Shown here: positions 1 to 9,822 of the stretch, piece after piece
Layout: each line of letters starts with the position of its first letter
Numbering within the stretch: position 1 is the first letter of the stretch
Assembly: GCA_033854515.1 (NCBI GenBank)
Contig: JAWOJY010000003.1
Span: 2,254-66,253, forward strand
Source: Nitrospirota bacterium
GTDB lineage: Bacteria > Nitrospirota > UBA9217
Length of the DNA stretch: 64,000 nucleotides
Direction: 5' to 3'
Notes under the pieces: model-generated
Database searches by the model: none
What the model saw: the letters and a program-made list of their open reading frames with translations, nothing else
Told to the model about the DNA's origin: nothing
Program-made: the position numbers and the translations under genes

Positions 1-382
1 AAGACAGACTGACTCTTATGTTCTCGACCCACGCAGTATTACGTAACGCGGCGTCTTATAATCTTGACAGGTACAATTCTTCGTTGTATTCTTATTCAGT
101 ACGCACGTGTCCCTCAAAGGCGCCGAGCCGGACGATGAAAATCAACACAAAACGGGATTTGAAATTAACACAAAGAACAAATGATGCGTGCGGAGCATAG
201 ATTAGCCAGGATGGATACGCCTGTCGGGGCTAGAAATGTGCTGCTTCTTCACTACTTCGGCGTCTCGTTCGTATTTCTTTTCTTTGCTGCGCTCATCAAT
301 TATTTCTCCCGTAAGAGTATCAGACTGGTATTTGTCGAACAGTCGCTGGTGAGCGCTTCTGCTTCAATATCGCGATCAAAAC

Positions 383-763
383 GTGAATGACTGCGGAAAA
401 AAGTTTCAGGACCTTGAGAATTCTACGTTCGATGACGTGCAAGCGGCAATCAGCCGGAACAATCCGGAAGAACTCCCGCTCGTGTCGGTAACGGTCGCCC
501 TTTCTTCAGATGACCCTCTTCTTGCTCAGAATGTCTGCATCGCGCTGTCCCGCCACGAGCATTATCTCACCAGGGGCAACGCGGTAATGAGCCTCGGCTA
601 CCTTGCCCGGCGCTTTCGAAAACTCGACGAACATGCGGTCAAGCCCGTTATCGAAGCGGCTCTCAATGACCCGCAGGAATATGTACGAGTACGGGCGAAA
701 TCGGCCGCCGACGAGATACACCAATTTCTTCACTGGGACATATCGGGGCACGTGTACGGTTAA
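383..763 (+). CDS. Hypothetical protein with HEAT/armadillo-like helical repeats; starts with GTG at 383, no clear RBS, so the start is uncertain
   Basis: ORF of 126 aa with repeated helical units (PLVSVTVALSSDDPLLAQNVCIALS / VKPVIEAALNDPQEYVRVRA); coding-like GC content; convergent with the next gene. Confidence 0.35.
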   Translation: MNDCGKKFQDLENSTFDDVQAAISRNNPEELPLVSVTVALSSDDPLLAQNVCIALSRHEHYLTRGNAVMSLGYLARRFRKLDEHAVKPVIEAALNDPQEYVRVRAKSAADEIHQFLHWDISGHVYG

Positions 764-833
764 TGAAGTCGTAGACAGGGAAATTACCGATGACCCCAGT
801 CGAAATCCCCGGCTTCTTGTGCTGTGAAAGAAT

Positions 834-1916
834 TCATCCGCCTTCGAAATGGCTCACGAGCCTCTTAACCGCATCGATTTTCTCCTTGTTCCCTATTTTG
901 GCCGATTCCACGGCTTTCTTCATGACCTCAATCGTTTTATCGTAAGTCTTTCTGTCCACGGGATAGGGATGGCCGTCCTTGCCGCCGTGGGCGAAGCTGA
1001 ACCGCACGGGATCTTTGTAGCTGGGGGCCTTTCCATACACAAGTTCTGAGATCAGGCTCAGTGCCCGGATGGTCTTGGGCCCCACCCCTTCGACGGAAAG
1101 GAGCTGCTCAAAATTGTTCGGCCGTAAATCATATGTCTTCAGAAGTACTTTGTTCAGGTATTTGGGGTTGATATCAGCCATTTCTATATGATGCCGTGAG
1201 GGCATGGCAAGATTCTGTATGTTCTTGAGTTCTTTGAGGACGGCTTCGGGTTTTTCCTTTGACAGGTTCGTCGCTATTTCCCGGGCGTCGGCGCTCTCGT
1301 GGGCGACCATGTTCAACACTTCTTCCCTGCGGTCGCTGCAAATTGCGGAATGGGGCTCATCGACAAAGTCCTTTACCGCTTCGCCGAGCCAGTGGTACCG
1401 CCGGGCGGTCCTGTCGTTCACCCGCATTCCCTGCTGGATCACGGACCACGAGCCCGCTGCGGTAAATACAAAGACGTGATGGTACAACTGGTAGCCGTCC
1501 TGGAGCGCCGTATTATCGACCTTGGCACTCATTTTGCTCGCGTACACGAGCCGCGCAGGATCTACGTCGATTTTGTCGCCCACGCTTTCTATTTCCGACG
1601 GGGTTTTTCGCGACGCGGCTCCCTTGCCGCCAGCAATGAATACGCCGGTTTCCTTCTCGATCCCTTTTATTCCTTCCTTGAGCGCGCCGGTGACCGTGGT
1701 CGTGAGACCGCTCGAATGCCAGTCGAAGCCGAGGACACAGCCTAAGGCCTGGAACCAATAGGGATCGGAAAGCTTTCTGAGAAGCTCCAGCGGACCGAAC
1801 TCCGCCGCGATTGCCGCGATGATCTCTCTCGAAAGGAGCCGCATCCGTTCGAAGAGCCACCGCGGCGCTTTTCCGTAGTGGAGCGGCAGTGTTGCCATGC
1901 CTGTTCTTGTTGCCAT
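834..1916 (-). CDS. DUF763-family protein (conserved archaeal/bacterial hypothetical)
   Basis: The 385-aa ORF was trimmed to the internal ATG at MATRTGMATLPLHYGKAPRWLF, which matches the conserved DUF763 N-terminus as I recall it. The TATAAT-like element ends 6 nt before this ATG. The long uninterrupted ORF has conserved-looking blocks (GVGPKTIRAL, HGGKDGHPYPVDRKTYD). Confidence 0.55.
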   Translation of the reverse strand: MATRTGMATLPLHYGKAPRWLFERMRLLSREIIAAIAAEFGPLELLRKLSDPYWFQALGCVLGFDWHSSGLTTTVTGALKEGIKGIEKETGVFIAGGKGAASRKTPSEIESVGDKIDVDPARLVYASKMSAKVDNTALQDGYQLYHHVFVFTAAGSWSVIQQGMRVNDRTARRYHWLGEAVKDFVDEPHSAICSDRREEVLNMVAHESADAREIATNLSKEKPEAVLKELKNIQNLAMPSRHHIEMADINPKYLNKVLLKTYDLRPNNFEQLLSVEGVGPKTIRALSLISELVYGKAPSYKDPVRFSFAHGGKDGHPYPVDRKTYDKTIEVMKKAVESAKIGNKEKIDAVKRLVSHFEGG

Positions 1917-2271
1917 AAATTTATTATAAGCCTTTTTCCACGGAAAACGGAAGGGTAAATCGTACGGGAGCGATGGCCTGCTGCGCGGCACACATGAAGA
2001 GAAGAACCTGACCCGAACAAGCCGGAACTAAAAGTCTGCCACAAAGAAACCAAGACACGAAAGAATTCAATTGATTTCTTTATGGACATCGATGGATATC
2101 GCGACCTTCTCCGTCCCGTATCCTAATGATGTCGGAAACTGAGCGAGGGCGGGCCTTCGTGGTGAAAATTGTTTCCGTATTGAGTTGAATTTGACTTTTT
2201 AGTCACCAAGGAGGGTGAGATGACCTTCATCGCTCCTACAATTGTGGATGAGGCCCGGACGTGCAGCTGCT

Positions 2272-3129
2272 TTAAAATTTATAGACCAAGTGAATCAGGT
2301 TGAGAATCGATTTTTCGTTCGTTTTTTCTGCAGTTAAGGGGTCCCTCGTACGGGTAATGTCCCTTTCCACTTGAATATGGATGTCGGGGTCGATAACATA
2401 TTCCACCCCAAGGCTGTTGTCGTTATGATTGTCGAAGTCCACGCTGAAGAAAGAAGAAATTTTTCTGTACTCGGCCGCGGTCTCCGATATGAGACCCGGG
2501 GTTCCATCCTCAATCTTGACCCGCAATCCCGTTTTGAAGGACAGCTCGTCTTTGATAGCCCCATTTGTGGCTGCGAGCCCTTCCTCGCTTCTTTTGTCAG
2601 CCGTCTCCGCCCCGGCATTCTCATCGTACGTTCCGTTCGAAACCTCAAGTTTCAGCGCCTGAATCAGATTGTCCACTTCGGGAATCCGTTCCTGCGTAAA
2701 TTTCAAGGTCTCCTTCAAAACGAGCTTGCTTACTATCCTTCTTTCCTTTGCTTGTTCGTCAAGTTCGTTATCGCTCGGCAACCGGCCGTCGTCCACGAAG
2801 TCCGGCAGGCGCGGACCGGAATACATCCTTAATTTTTGGAATACGCGATCTCGCCAGTCCCCTATGAGGCCGGGCTCCGAAGTGTCGCTCCGCTTTGTTC
2901 CAGCGTAGAGCGCAGGAGCGGCAATGAATCTGGGCATGGCATTCATAGCATACCGTTCGATAACGTCATAATTGGCAGGATCTACGTACGCGATAAGCTG
3001 ACAGTGGCCGTCGGGTGTTTGAGAAGCGGTAAGAGCGGAATCACCGCCTGCATCAGCCGGTTTCGCGATACAGAATAGAAAAAGCAGGACAAAAAATCCC
3101 CTTTTTTCGAACTTCGACCGGAAGATCAT
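2272..3129 (-). CDS. Secreted hypothetical protein with an N-terminal signal peptide
   Basis: Internal ATG start gives MIFRSKFEKRGFFVLLFLFCIAKPADA, a signal peptide with an AxA cleavage site; the acidic, Asp/Glu-rich mature part has no recognisable catalytic motif. Confidence 0.5.
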   Translation of the reverse strand: MIFRSKFEKRGFFVLLFLFCIAKPADAGGDSALTASQTPDGHCQLIAYVDPANYDVIERYAMNAMPRFIAAPALYAGTKRSDTSEPGLIGDWRDRVFQKLRMYSGPRLPDFVDDGRLPSDNELDEQAKERRIVSKLVLKETLKFTQERIPEVDNLIQALKLEVSNGTYDENAGAETADKRSEEGLAATNGAIKDELSFKTGLRVKIEDGTPGLISETAAEYRKISSFFSVDFDNHNDNSLGVEYVIDPDIHIQVERDITRTRDPLTAEKTNEKSILNLIHLVYKF

Positions 3130-3506
3130 GAGTTGTCTGCAATTGAGTTTTCCTTTGGGTTTCACGTTAAGCTGCTTTCTTTCATGGATACCGATAAACC
3201 ATAATTCTTGATTTAAGGCTATCACTGGACCGAAGAATGTCAATCAGTTTAAAGTATTAAATTATTCTTGATTGAACCGCATCAAACTTCTGCACGGAAC
3301 CATGGAATGAAATTGAAATATATATTGTCGTTACCGCGAATTTGTACTATCTTTCCTGAGTTGACCTGCGAGAGTGTTGGACCGGCATGATCACAGCCGG
3401 GTGCCGTAGGGGAGGAGTCCGGAAAAACCTCGTCCTGGCTTGACAGCGCGAAGATGCGCGTAGTATGCTTTAACCAACATGATGGTCGATCGGACAGGAG
3501 CCCGTC

Positions 3507-3935
3507 ATGAATCCTCTGTTGGAAGAGTATCCGGTCGTAATCGAGATTCCCGTCGCCTGGGGCGAGATGGATGCCTTCAACCATGTCAACAATACGGTGT
3601 ATTTCCGCTATTTCGAGGCCGCGCGAATCGCCTATTTCGTCGAAATCCACATCATTGACTTTATGAAACAGACCGGCATCGGCCCCATACTCGCCTCGAT
3701 ATCCTGTACGTTCAAAGTCCCCCTCACCTACCCCGATACGATCGTGGTCGGCGCAAAAGTCACCGACATCAAAGAAGACCGCTTTACGATGAAGCATGCC
3801 GTTTTCAGCCGCCAGCACCAGAAGATGGCCGCTGAGGGGGAAGGCGTCATAGTCACGTACGACTACCGCGGGAATAAAAAAGTCGCGATTCCCGAAGAAT
3901 TAAAGAAGAGAATTCTGACTATGGAACGGCAATAG
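3507..3935 (+). CDS. Acyl-CoA thioesterase, 4HBT (hotdog) family, YbgC-like
   Basis: 142 aa; VAWGEMDAFNHVNNTVYFRYFEAARIAYF is the typical YbgC/4HBT catalytic region (D..H..N), followed by a hotdog-fold pattern. Confidence 0.8.
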   Translation: MNPLLEEYPVVIEIPVAWGEMDAFNHVNNTVYFRYFEAARIAYFVEIHIIDFMKQTGIGPILASISCTFKVPLTYPDTIVVGAKVTDIKEDRFTMKHAVFSRQHQKMAAEGEGVIVTYDYRGNKKVAIPEELKKRILTMERQ

Positions 3936-4005
3936 GCAGCCATACTGTCCTCCCCCTTCCTCCGTACACGGTTCGACAGGTCGATGATACACTGCGGATG
4001 ATCCT

Positions 4006-4962
4006 TTGTGCTTTTCCCGCAGGATATTGAACATTGTGCTCCTCGGCATTCTCTCCATTATAGTACTGACGCCCAAAGCCATCACCGGGTCGGAGGACCG
4101 GAGGCAGTACAGAAACACAACAAAAGAAACATCCGCTACCTCCGGCCCTTTGATCACCGATACCACGATCCCGCAACCGACGGGTACGGTAACCTTGTTC
4201 GTTCCCGTTTACTATGCGTTCAGCAGCAGAAATTTCGATTCACGGTGGCACAGCGTAAGCGCGCCCGCGAGGTCCGCCTCCACGACCATTCCCGCGCAGA
4301 TATTCTATGGTCTTGCAGAGCGATGGGAAACATATCTGACCGTCCCTTACAAATACAACCGGGTATGGGGCTCGAACGCGCCCGGTCCCGGTGGAGAACG
4401 TTCCGCTGAATACGGCGGGCTTGGAGATATCAGCATTGCCTTTAAATATCTGCTCTCGAACGAAAGACCGGAATTCCCTGCCGTCTCGGTCCTGATCAAT
4501 ACGGGATTTCCCACAGGCCGCCATGGCTCCCTCAATCCGCGTCTTCTCGGAACGGACAGCCTCGGCACCGGCGCGTATTCGTTCACTTCGGGCCTCAACC
4601 TGTACAAAGTGGTCGCGCCTGCAACCCTCTACGCCAACCTGTGGTACACTACGTCCACGGATGCGACGGTAAACGGCAAAAAGAAATATTACCGGGATGT
4701 CATAACGTTCAATGCGGCGGCCGAAATTCCCATTACCGGCAAATGGATTTTCCTGTCGGAGTTTGCGAGCACCTGGGGAGAGGAACGGCTGTTCGGCCAG
4801 AGATCGAATCAGCCGCGGCTAGTCCTGGCAAGCATACTTCCCGGCCTGGAATTCATAGCAAATAATACGTGGAACTTCGACGCGGCCGTAAAGATAGATA
4901 TCTTCGGCAAAAACACGGGCCATGGTTATGCACCGGTCATTGCGGTGTTTTACAATTTCTGA
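4006..4962 (+). CDS. Outer-membrane beta-barrel protein (MetA-pathway / transporter-family OMP)
   Basis: Signal-peptide-like N-terminus, alternating amphipathic beta-strand pattern and a C-terminal ...VFYNF ending in an aromatic residue, all typical of OMPs; Gly/Tyr-rich. Confidence 0.6.
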   Translation: MCFSRRILNIVLLGILSIIVLTPKAITGSEDRRQYRNTTKETSATSGPLITDTTIPQPTGTVTLFVPVYYAFSSRNFDSRWHSVSAPARSASTTIPAQIFYGLAERWETYLTVPYKYNRVWGSNAPGPGGERSAEYGGLGDISIAFKYLLSNERPEFPAVSVLINTGFPTGRHGSLNPRLLGTDSLGTGAYSFTSGLNLYKVVAPATLYANLWYTTSTDATVNGKKKYYRDVITFNAAAEIPITGKWIFLSEFASTWGEERLFGQRSNQPRLVLASILPGLEFIANNTWNFDAAVKIDIFGKNTGHGYAPVIAVFYNF

Positions 4963-5120
4963 CGAACCGCTTTTTTCTGCGAAACTGGGTTTTGCGTGAT
5001 TGGCATCTTGAACGGCGCAGTTTATTCGATTACGAAAAAAGTTGTATTGAGGTCCCGTGATAATGTGCTAAGCTTGTAATCAGGAGCAAGCGGTCAATAT
5101 TATCCCTCAAGGAGGCTTTC

Positions 5121-5336
5121 ATGGCTGTATCGGGGAAGTATGGCACGATCAATATTCCGAAAATCGGCGCAAACGAACCCGTTTTCATTCTTCGCGCACA
5201 GGACAAACTTGCTGAGGCTGCCATCCAGATGTACCGAGCGCTCGCCGCTTCCCACGGCTCCCGCGTTGCGGAGGGTCTCGAAAAAGAAATTGATTCCTTC
5301 AGAAAATGGAGCGGGAAGAGAAAAGTTCCCGACTGA
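5121..5336 (+). CDS. Small hypothetical protein (71 aa)
   Basis: Strong RBS AAGGAGG 7 nt upstream of the ATG; immediately precedes the ferritin-like gene. Confidence 0.5.
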   Translation: MAVSGKYGTINIPKIGANEPVFILRAQDKLAEAAIQMYRALAASHGSRVAEGLEKEIDSFRKWSGKRKVPD

Positions 5337-5431
5337 CGGGTCGGGCTCACGATCTGCACGGCCGCGGCTTTTCTATCAGGACGTTTATGATCCTGTCGTT
5401 TAGACCCGAAAGAATCAAACGCGAGGTGATT

Positions 5432-5716
5432 ATGCTCTCAGAACGACCCATTCGCATCGAGAAGATAAACCCCCTGGACAGGGACAAGGAGATATTGAGG
5501 ACTGCGATCATCGCGGAACTCGACGCTGTGAATCTTTATGAACAATTGGCCGACATGACCGATAACAAAGGCCTTCGGAAAGTCCTGCTCGATATAGCGC
5601 GAGAAGAGAAGACGCATATCGGAGAATTTCAGGCCCTCCTGTTGAGAGAAGACCGGGAACAGCAACAGGAACTCGAGGAGGGCAAAAAAGAGGTGAACAG
5701 AATCACGGGACAATGA
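5432..5716 (+). CDS. Ferritin-like domain protein of the EncFtn / rubrerythrin-like mini-ferritin family, about 94 aa
   Basis: RBS GAGGTGATT precedes the ATG at 5432. AIIAELDAVNLYEQLADMTD....IAREEKTHIGEFQALL carries the E-x-x-...-EExxH di-iron ligand pattern of encapsulated ferritin-like proteins, as I recall it from the R. rubrum EncFtn (ELEAVDWYDQ...EEKEHAAM). There is no C-terminal encapsulin targeting peptide. Confidence 0.6.
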   Translation: MLSERPIRIEKINPLDRDKEILRTAIIAELDAVNLYEQLADMTDNKGLRKVLLDIAREEKTHIGEFQALLLREDREQQQELEEGKKEVNRITGQ

Positions 5717-5780
5717 AGAGGTGGTTGCGCAGTCACCCTGCGCATCCGTAAGACCTGTATCTTTAATGAGGTGACCGGAA

Positions 5781-6803
5781 ATGAAATATAGTGAACTTGA
5801 GAAGACTGCACGCGACCTCGTGGCAAAAGGCAAAGGCCTGCTTGCAGCCGACGAGAGTCTGCCTACCATAAAGAAACGCTTCGCAGGCATCAACCTCGAA
5901 TCAACGGAAGAAACGCGACGATCCTACCGAGAGATGCTCTTTACGACGCCGGGGATTGAGGAATTCATCAGCGGCGTGATCATGTTCGACGAAACGCTCC
6001 GCCAGAAATCGTCGGACGGGGCGCCCTTTCCCGATGTGCTCAGACGTAATGGTATCATACCGGGGATCAAGGTCGACAAGGGGGCCTGGGCTTTACCCGG
6101 CTTTCCGGGCGAGAAAATAACAGAAGGCCTCGACGGCCTGCGCGACCGCTTCGCCGAATATCGCGACCTGGGAGCACGCTTTGCGAAGTGGCGCGCCGTG
6201 ATATTGATCGGACCCGGCATCCCGACGCGCTACTGCATCGACACCAACGCTCACCTGCTCGCCCGCTACGCGGCTCTAAGCCAGGAAGGCGGCCTGGTCC
6301 CCGTGGTGGAACCCGAAGTGCTCATGGACGGAGGTCATGATATCGGGCGCTGCGAAGAAACGACCACCGCAGTTTTAAAGAGCGTATTTTCCGAACTTCA
6401 TGAGGCCCGGGTAGCGCTCGAAGGCATGCTGCTCAAGCCCAATATGGTCGTGGCGGGCAAGGACTCTCCAAAACAGGCAAGCGCGCAGGAAGTGGCTGAA
6501 GCCACCATCAGGTGTTTGCGCCGGACGGTGCCTTCGGCTGTACCGGGCATTGTCTTCCTTTCCGGCGGCCAGAGCCCCGAACTTGCCACGGAACACCTGA
6601 ATGCCATGAACGCCATGGGTGTCCATCCGTGGGAGGTCAGCTTCTCATTTGCGCGGGCGCTCCAGGAGCCTCCGCTTAAAATATGGAAGGGATCGCCGGC
6701 CAGCGTACAGGCTGCGCAGAAACAATTTTATCACCGTGCGCGGTGCAACAGCGCCGCCCGCTACGGCAAGTACTCAAGGGCAATGGAGAAACTCGCGGCG
6801 TAA
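5781..6803 (+). CDS. fba: Fructose-bisphosphate aldolase, class I
   Basis: GKGLLAADES and IPGIKVDKG are class I FBA signatures; 340 aa; RBS GAGGTGA upstream. Confidence 0.85.
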   Translation: MKYSELEKTARDLVAKGKGLLAADESLPTIKKRFAGINLESTEETRRSYREMLFTTPGIEEFISGVIMFDETLRQKSSDGAPFPDVLRRNGIIPGIKVDKGAWALPGFPGEKITEGLDGLRDRFAEYRDLGARFAKWRAVILIGPGIPTRYCIDTNAHLLARYAALSQEGGLVPVVEPEVLMDGGHDIGRCEETTTAVLKSVFSELHEARVALEGMLLKPNMVVAGKDSPKQASAQEVAEATIRCLRRTVPSAVPGIVFLSGGQSPELATEHLNAMNAMGVHPWEVSFSFARALQEPPLKIWKGSPASVQAAQKQFYHRARCNSAARYGKYSRAMEKLAA

Positions 6804-6951
6804 CCCGGACAAGCCCGCTGAAGACGGACGCGAAGATTTTTGAAGCCTTTCGAGCCGGCACGGAAGTTAAATATGTTCTCTTCCCGTGAGTGGCGTTTAG
6901 AAAAAATTTTTTTGTCTTTTTGTAAAAATGCAATCCCGCCGATTCACTTCC

Positions 6952-6981
6952 TTGACAAAGCAAGAGCATTGATTGTATAGT
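6952..6981 (+). promoter_or_regulatory. Sigma-70-type promoter candidate (TTGACA-N18-TATAGT) upstream of the 7060 gene
   Basis: A perfect -35 hexamer and a near-consensus -10 preceded by TG, located in the 170-bp gap after fba. Confidence 0.35.
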
Positions 6982-7059
6982 GTCGTCGTAACTTTTCCGG
7001 TCGACGCAGCTTGCAGATGCATGCTCAAACGGATCACTGTTCAACATCCATGGAGAACA

Positions 7060-7710
7060 ATGAGCTCGATAACTGAATATCTCGAGAAGTACGCATTGAT
7101 TTCGCTCGAAAAACAGGAAAAGTTCGTTAAACTCGTGGGCGAACATACCCGGGAACTGGATCTCGACTCAGGAATGATCCGGTTTAATACAGAACTTGTA
7201 TTTCCCTTTCAGGTGCTCGGCACGGAATCGGACAACACCCTCACCTGGCTCTGGGCATGGTCAGAAGAACAGACCGAGATCCAGGAAACTCTCTTAAAGT
7301 CTTCCCGTGCGCTGAAAACCTGGGGCGAACGCGAAGGCGTCCATGAGTTCGTCGTTCCAGCGGTTGATCTCGATAAGACAGACGGCCGTGTCGTTTCCCT
7401 TATTGCCGCCGAGGTCTGCAAGGCAAGCTGTTATTATCGCGATCCCTACGAGGGCGGCGCCCTGTATGTGCTGATCTTCAGCAGAGCTATCGACGATCAA
7501 CAGCCTTTCGATTTCTTCGGCCTTTCCAGGCGGTTTTCCGAACTGCTGTCCCTTTACGACATCAACCATAAGAATGTGCTCGTGTCTTATTTCCGGATGA
7601 AAGGGCTGCCCATTGCCGAAAAAGACCGTTTCGTCGAAGCAGAGCTGGCGAATGGGGAAACACTCAAGGCGGAGTTCGACGAAGGGGGCCGCTTGAAGTC
7701 TTTTCGCTGA
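7060..7710 (+). CDS. Hypothetical cytoplasmic protein
   Basis: ORF trimmed to the ATG at 7060, which has GGAGA 4 nt upstream. A sigma-70-like promoter (TTGACA-N18-TATAGT at 6952..6981) overlaps the ATG of the longer ORF, which argues for the later start. Confidence 0.5.
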   Translation: MSSITEYLEKYALISLEKQEKFVKLVGEHTRELDLDSGMIRFNTELVFPFQVLGTESDNTLTWLWAWSEEQTEIQETLLKSSRALKTWGEREGVHEFVVPAVDLDKTDGRVVSLIAAEVCKASCYYRDPYEGGALYVLIFSRAIDDQQPFDFFGLSRRFSELLSLYDINHKNVLVSYFRMKGLPIAEKDRFVEAELANGETLKAEFDEGGRLKSFR

Positions 7711-7751
7711 AAGCAGGCAGTCACGACGCGCCGACAAGGAGTATAAAGATA

Positions 7752-8540
7752 ATGAGTGTACTTGACAGATTTGAGAGAAAATTGCGGCGATTCGCCGTGC
7801 CGAACGTGACGCTCTATGTCATAATGGGGCAGGTGTTCTTTTTCGTCATGTCGATGACGGGCAGGTTCGCAGTCGGACGGGTGCTTTTCGTGCCCGAACT
7901 CGTGCGCATGGGACAATGGTGGCGGCTCATCACCTTCCTCTTCGTACCGCCGACCACGAGCGTCATATTCGTATTTTTCGCATGGTATCTGTTCTACCTC
8001 ATGGGGAGCGCCTTGGAACACTACTGGGGCGCGTTCCGCTACAACCTGTTCCTCCTGACCGGGTATGTTGCCACTGTTGCCGTATCGTTCGTCACGCCTT
8101 TTTCGCCGTCCTCAAACCTGTTTCTCGGCGGTTCCGTGTTTCTCGCATTCGCATACCTGAACCCCGATTTCGTCCTTTACATATTCTTCATACTTCCCGT
8201 CAAGATAAAGTGGCTGGCCCTCGTCACATGGCTTGGTTACGGCTACCAGCTGGCGGTGGGCTCCTGGACGAGCCGCCTGCTTGTGCTCGCCTCTGTCAGC
8301 AATTTTCTTCTGTTCTTCGGCAGGGACATTTTTTTGACGATAAAATACGGCGGCCGCCGGATGACGGCGCAGGTCGTCGAGTTCTCGAAAAAGAAGGAGC
8401 CCTTTCACACGTGCGCGGCATGCGGCAAGACCGACATCTCGCACCCGACCATGGAGTTCCGTTACTGCCCCGAGTGCGGCGGCCTGGGCTACTGCAAGGA
8501 CCACATCTCCAACCACGAGCATGTAAAGAGAGCGAGATGA
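7752..8540 (+). CDS. Polytopic membrane protein with a C-terminal cytoplasmic zinc-ribbon
   Basis: At least 6 predicted TM helices, followed by CAACGKTDISHPTMEFRYCPECGGLGYCKDHISNHEH (a Cys4 plus His motif); RBS AGGAG present upstream. Confidence 0.55.
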   Translation: MSVLDRFERKLRRFAVPNVTLYVIMGQVFFFVMSMTGRFAVGRVLFVPELVRMGQWWRLITFLFVPPTTSVIFVFFAWYLFYLMGSALEHYWGAFRYNLFLLTGYVATVAVSFVTPFSPSSNLFLGGSVFLAFAYLNPDFVLYIFFILPVKIKWLALVTWLGYGYQLAVGSWTSRLLVLASVSNFLLFFGRDIFLTIKYGGRRMTAQVVEFSKKKEPFHTCAACGKTDISHPTMEFRYCPECGGLGYCKDHISNHEHVKRAR

Positions 8541-8697
8541 GCAATTCCGAATCTTGAGAAATCCCGGCTAAGCGAAGCTAAAGTCTGATGAAGCAGCTGA
8601 TAAGATGTTGACAACCGGGCTCTGATTATTTAATATTTCATCAATTGTTGTGATCGGATCTGTAGTACTTTATGCGGTATCGTTGTTTTTCAAGCTT

Positions 8698-9708
8698 ATG
8701 ACGAACCCTGTTGAACTAAAACGTGCAATCCGCAAATTTATTGTGCCTGCTCTCACCCTTCTTGCAGGGATCTCCATCGGATTCATGCTCAGAGATCTGA
8801 CCCCGGGAAAATCAAAACACGAATATTTCGAGATCAGGCAGGGTGGTTGGAAGTATATAAATCCCCTGTTGGAATGCGAGCAGGCTCGAAATACGATGGA
8901 AAACAATGAGCTCAAACCTTTTAGAGGTAATGTCGAAAAATTCATAAAAAATGATTTAAACAAAAAATGGGGTGACGACATCTCTGTATACTTTCGAGAA
9001 CTCAATAACGGGCTTTCATTCAGTATAGGAAGAACCGAACAGTTTTATCCTGCAAGCTTGCTCAAGGTCCCCCTGATGATCTCTGTTCTGAGACAAGCAG
9101 ACACTGACCCCAAGATCCTGACGAAAAAGATCGTTTACAACAATCCCGACTTTACATCAGCACAAAATACCGATGTGGCTCAAAAATTGGAGTTTGGTAA
9201 GTCCTATACAGTTGAGGATTTGCTGAAGAGAACGATTGAGTTTTCTGATAATGTTTCTTTTCTGCTTCTCGAAGGAGCTGTGGACCCTGTTTACCTCAAA
9301 GCGGTCTATGACGATCTGGGTATTCCGGACCCTTATTATCTGAATGACCAGAGCGGGTACGTGCTGTCGACGGAACAGTATTCATCTTTTTTCCGCATTC
9401 TTTTCAATGCCTCATACCTGAGTAAGGAAAAGTCCGAAAAAGCTTTGGAGCTTCTGTCAAAAACTGATTACACTAAAGGGTTGGTTGCGGGAGTGCCTCT
9501 CAATATTGCGGTCGCGCATAAGTTTGGGTTGCGGAAAATAAACGGAATCAAACAATTGCATGATTGCGGGATTGTTTATTATCCGAATCATCCCTACCTC
9601 TTGTGCGTGATGACCTCAGGTCCCACTCCCGAATATCTTGACAGTACCATCGCGGATATTTCCCGCTTTATATACAAAGAAATCGATCATCAGCACGGTA
9701 TTTATTGA
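8698..9708 (+). CDS. Membrane-anchored serine hydrolase of the class A beta-lactamase-like fold (paralog of 62573..63622)
   Basis: N-terminal TM helix; FYPASLLKVPLMI contains the S-x-x-K active-site motif; overall PenP-like layout. Start chosen by analogy with the paralog; the ORF could begin at GTG 8650. Confidence 0.6.
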   Translation: MTNPVELKRAIRKFIVPALTLLAGISIGFMLRDLTPGKSKHEYFEIRQGGWKYINPLLECEQARNTMENNELKPFRGNVEKFIKNDLNKKWGDDISVYFRELNNGLSFSIGRTEQFYPASLLKVPLMISVLRQADTDPKILTKKIVYNNPDFTSAQNTDVAQKLEFGKSYTVEDLLKRTIEFSDNVSFLLLEGAVDPVYLKAVYDDLGIPDPYYLNDQSGYVLSTEQYSSFFRILFNASYLSKEKSEKALELLSKTDYTKGLVAGVPLNIAVAHKFGLRKINGIKQLHDCGIVYYPNHPYLLCVMTSGPTPEYLDSTIADISRFIYKEIDHQHGIY

Positions 9709-9822
9709 CACAAAGGAACCGTGCATAAGGGACTATGGAATGTCCTCTATTCCCTCTTGTGCGTATCAAGCTCTCCATGATAGATACGACATCCCAAAGC
9801 AATAATTTGTCCTGTTGAAATC

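Noticed and set aside
3282-3818. 178-aa minus-strand ORF overlapping the thioesterase gene
   Set aside because: The plus-strand frame encodes an unambiguous 4HBT thioesterase. The antisense ORF has a typical GC-rich shadow-frame composition.
5781-6803. Looked for an encapsulin shell gene adjacent to the EncFtn-like gene
   Set aside because: The downstream gene is unambiguously a class I aldolase, and no HK97-fold-like ORF lies within 5 kb.
7752-8540. Possible rhomboid protease (a GGS segment within a TM helix)
   Set aside because: No conserved catalytic His or AHxxG motif in a later helix; I kept the generic membrane-protein call.
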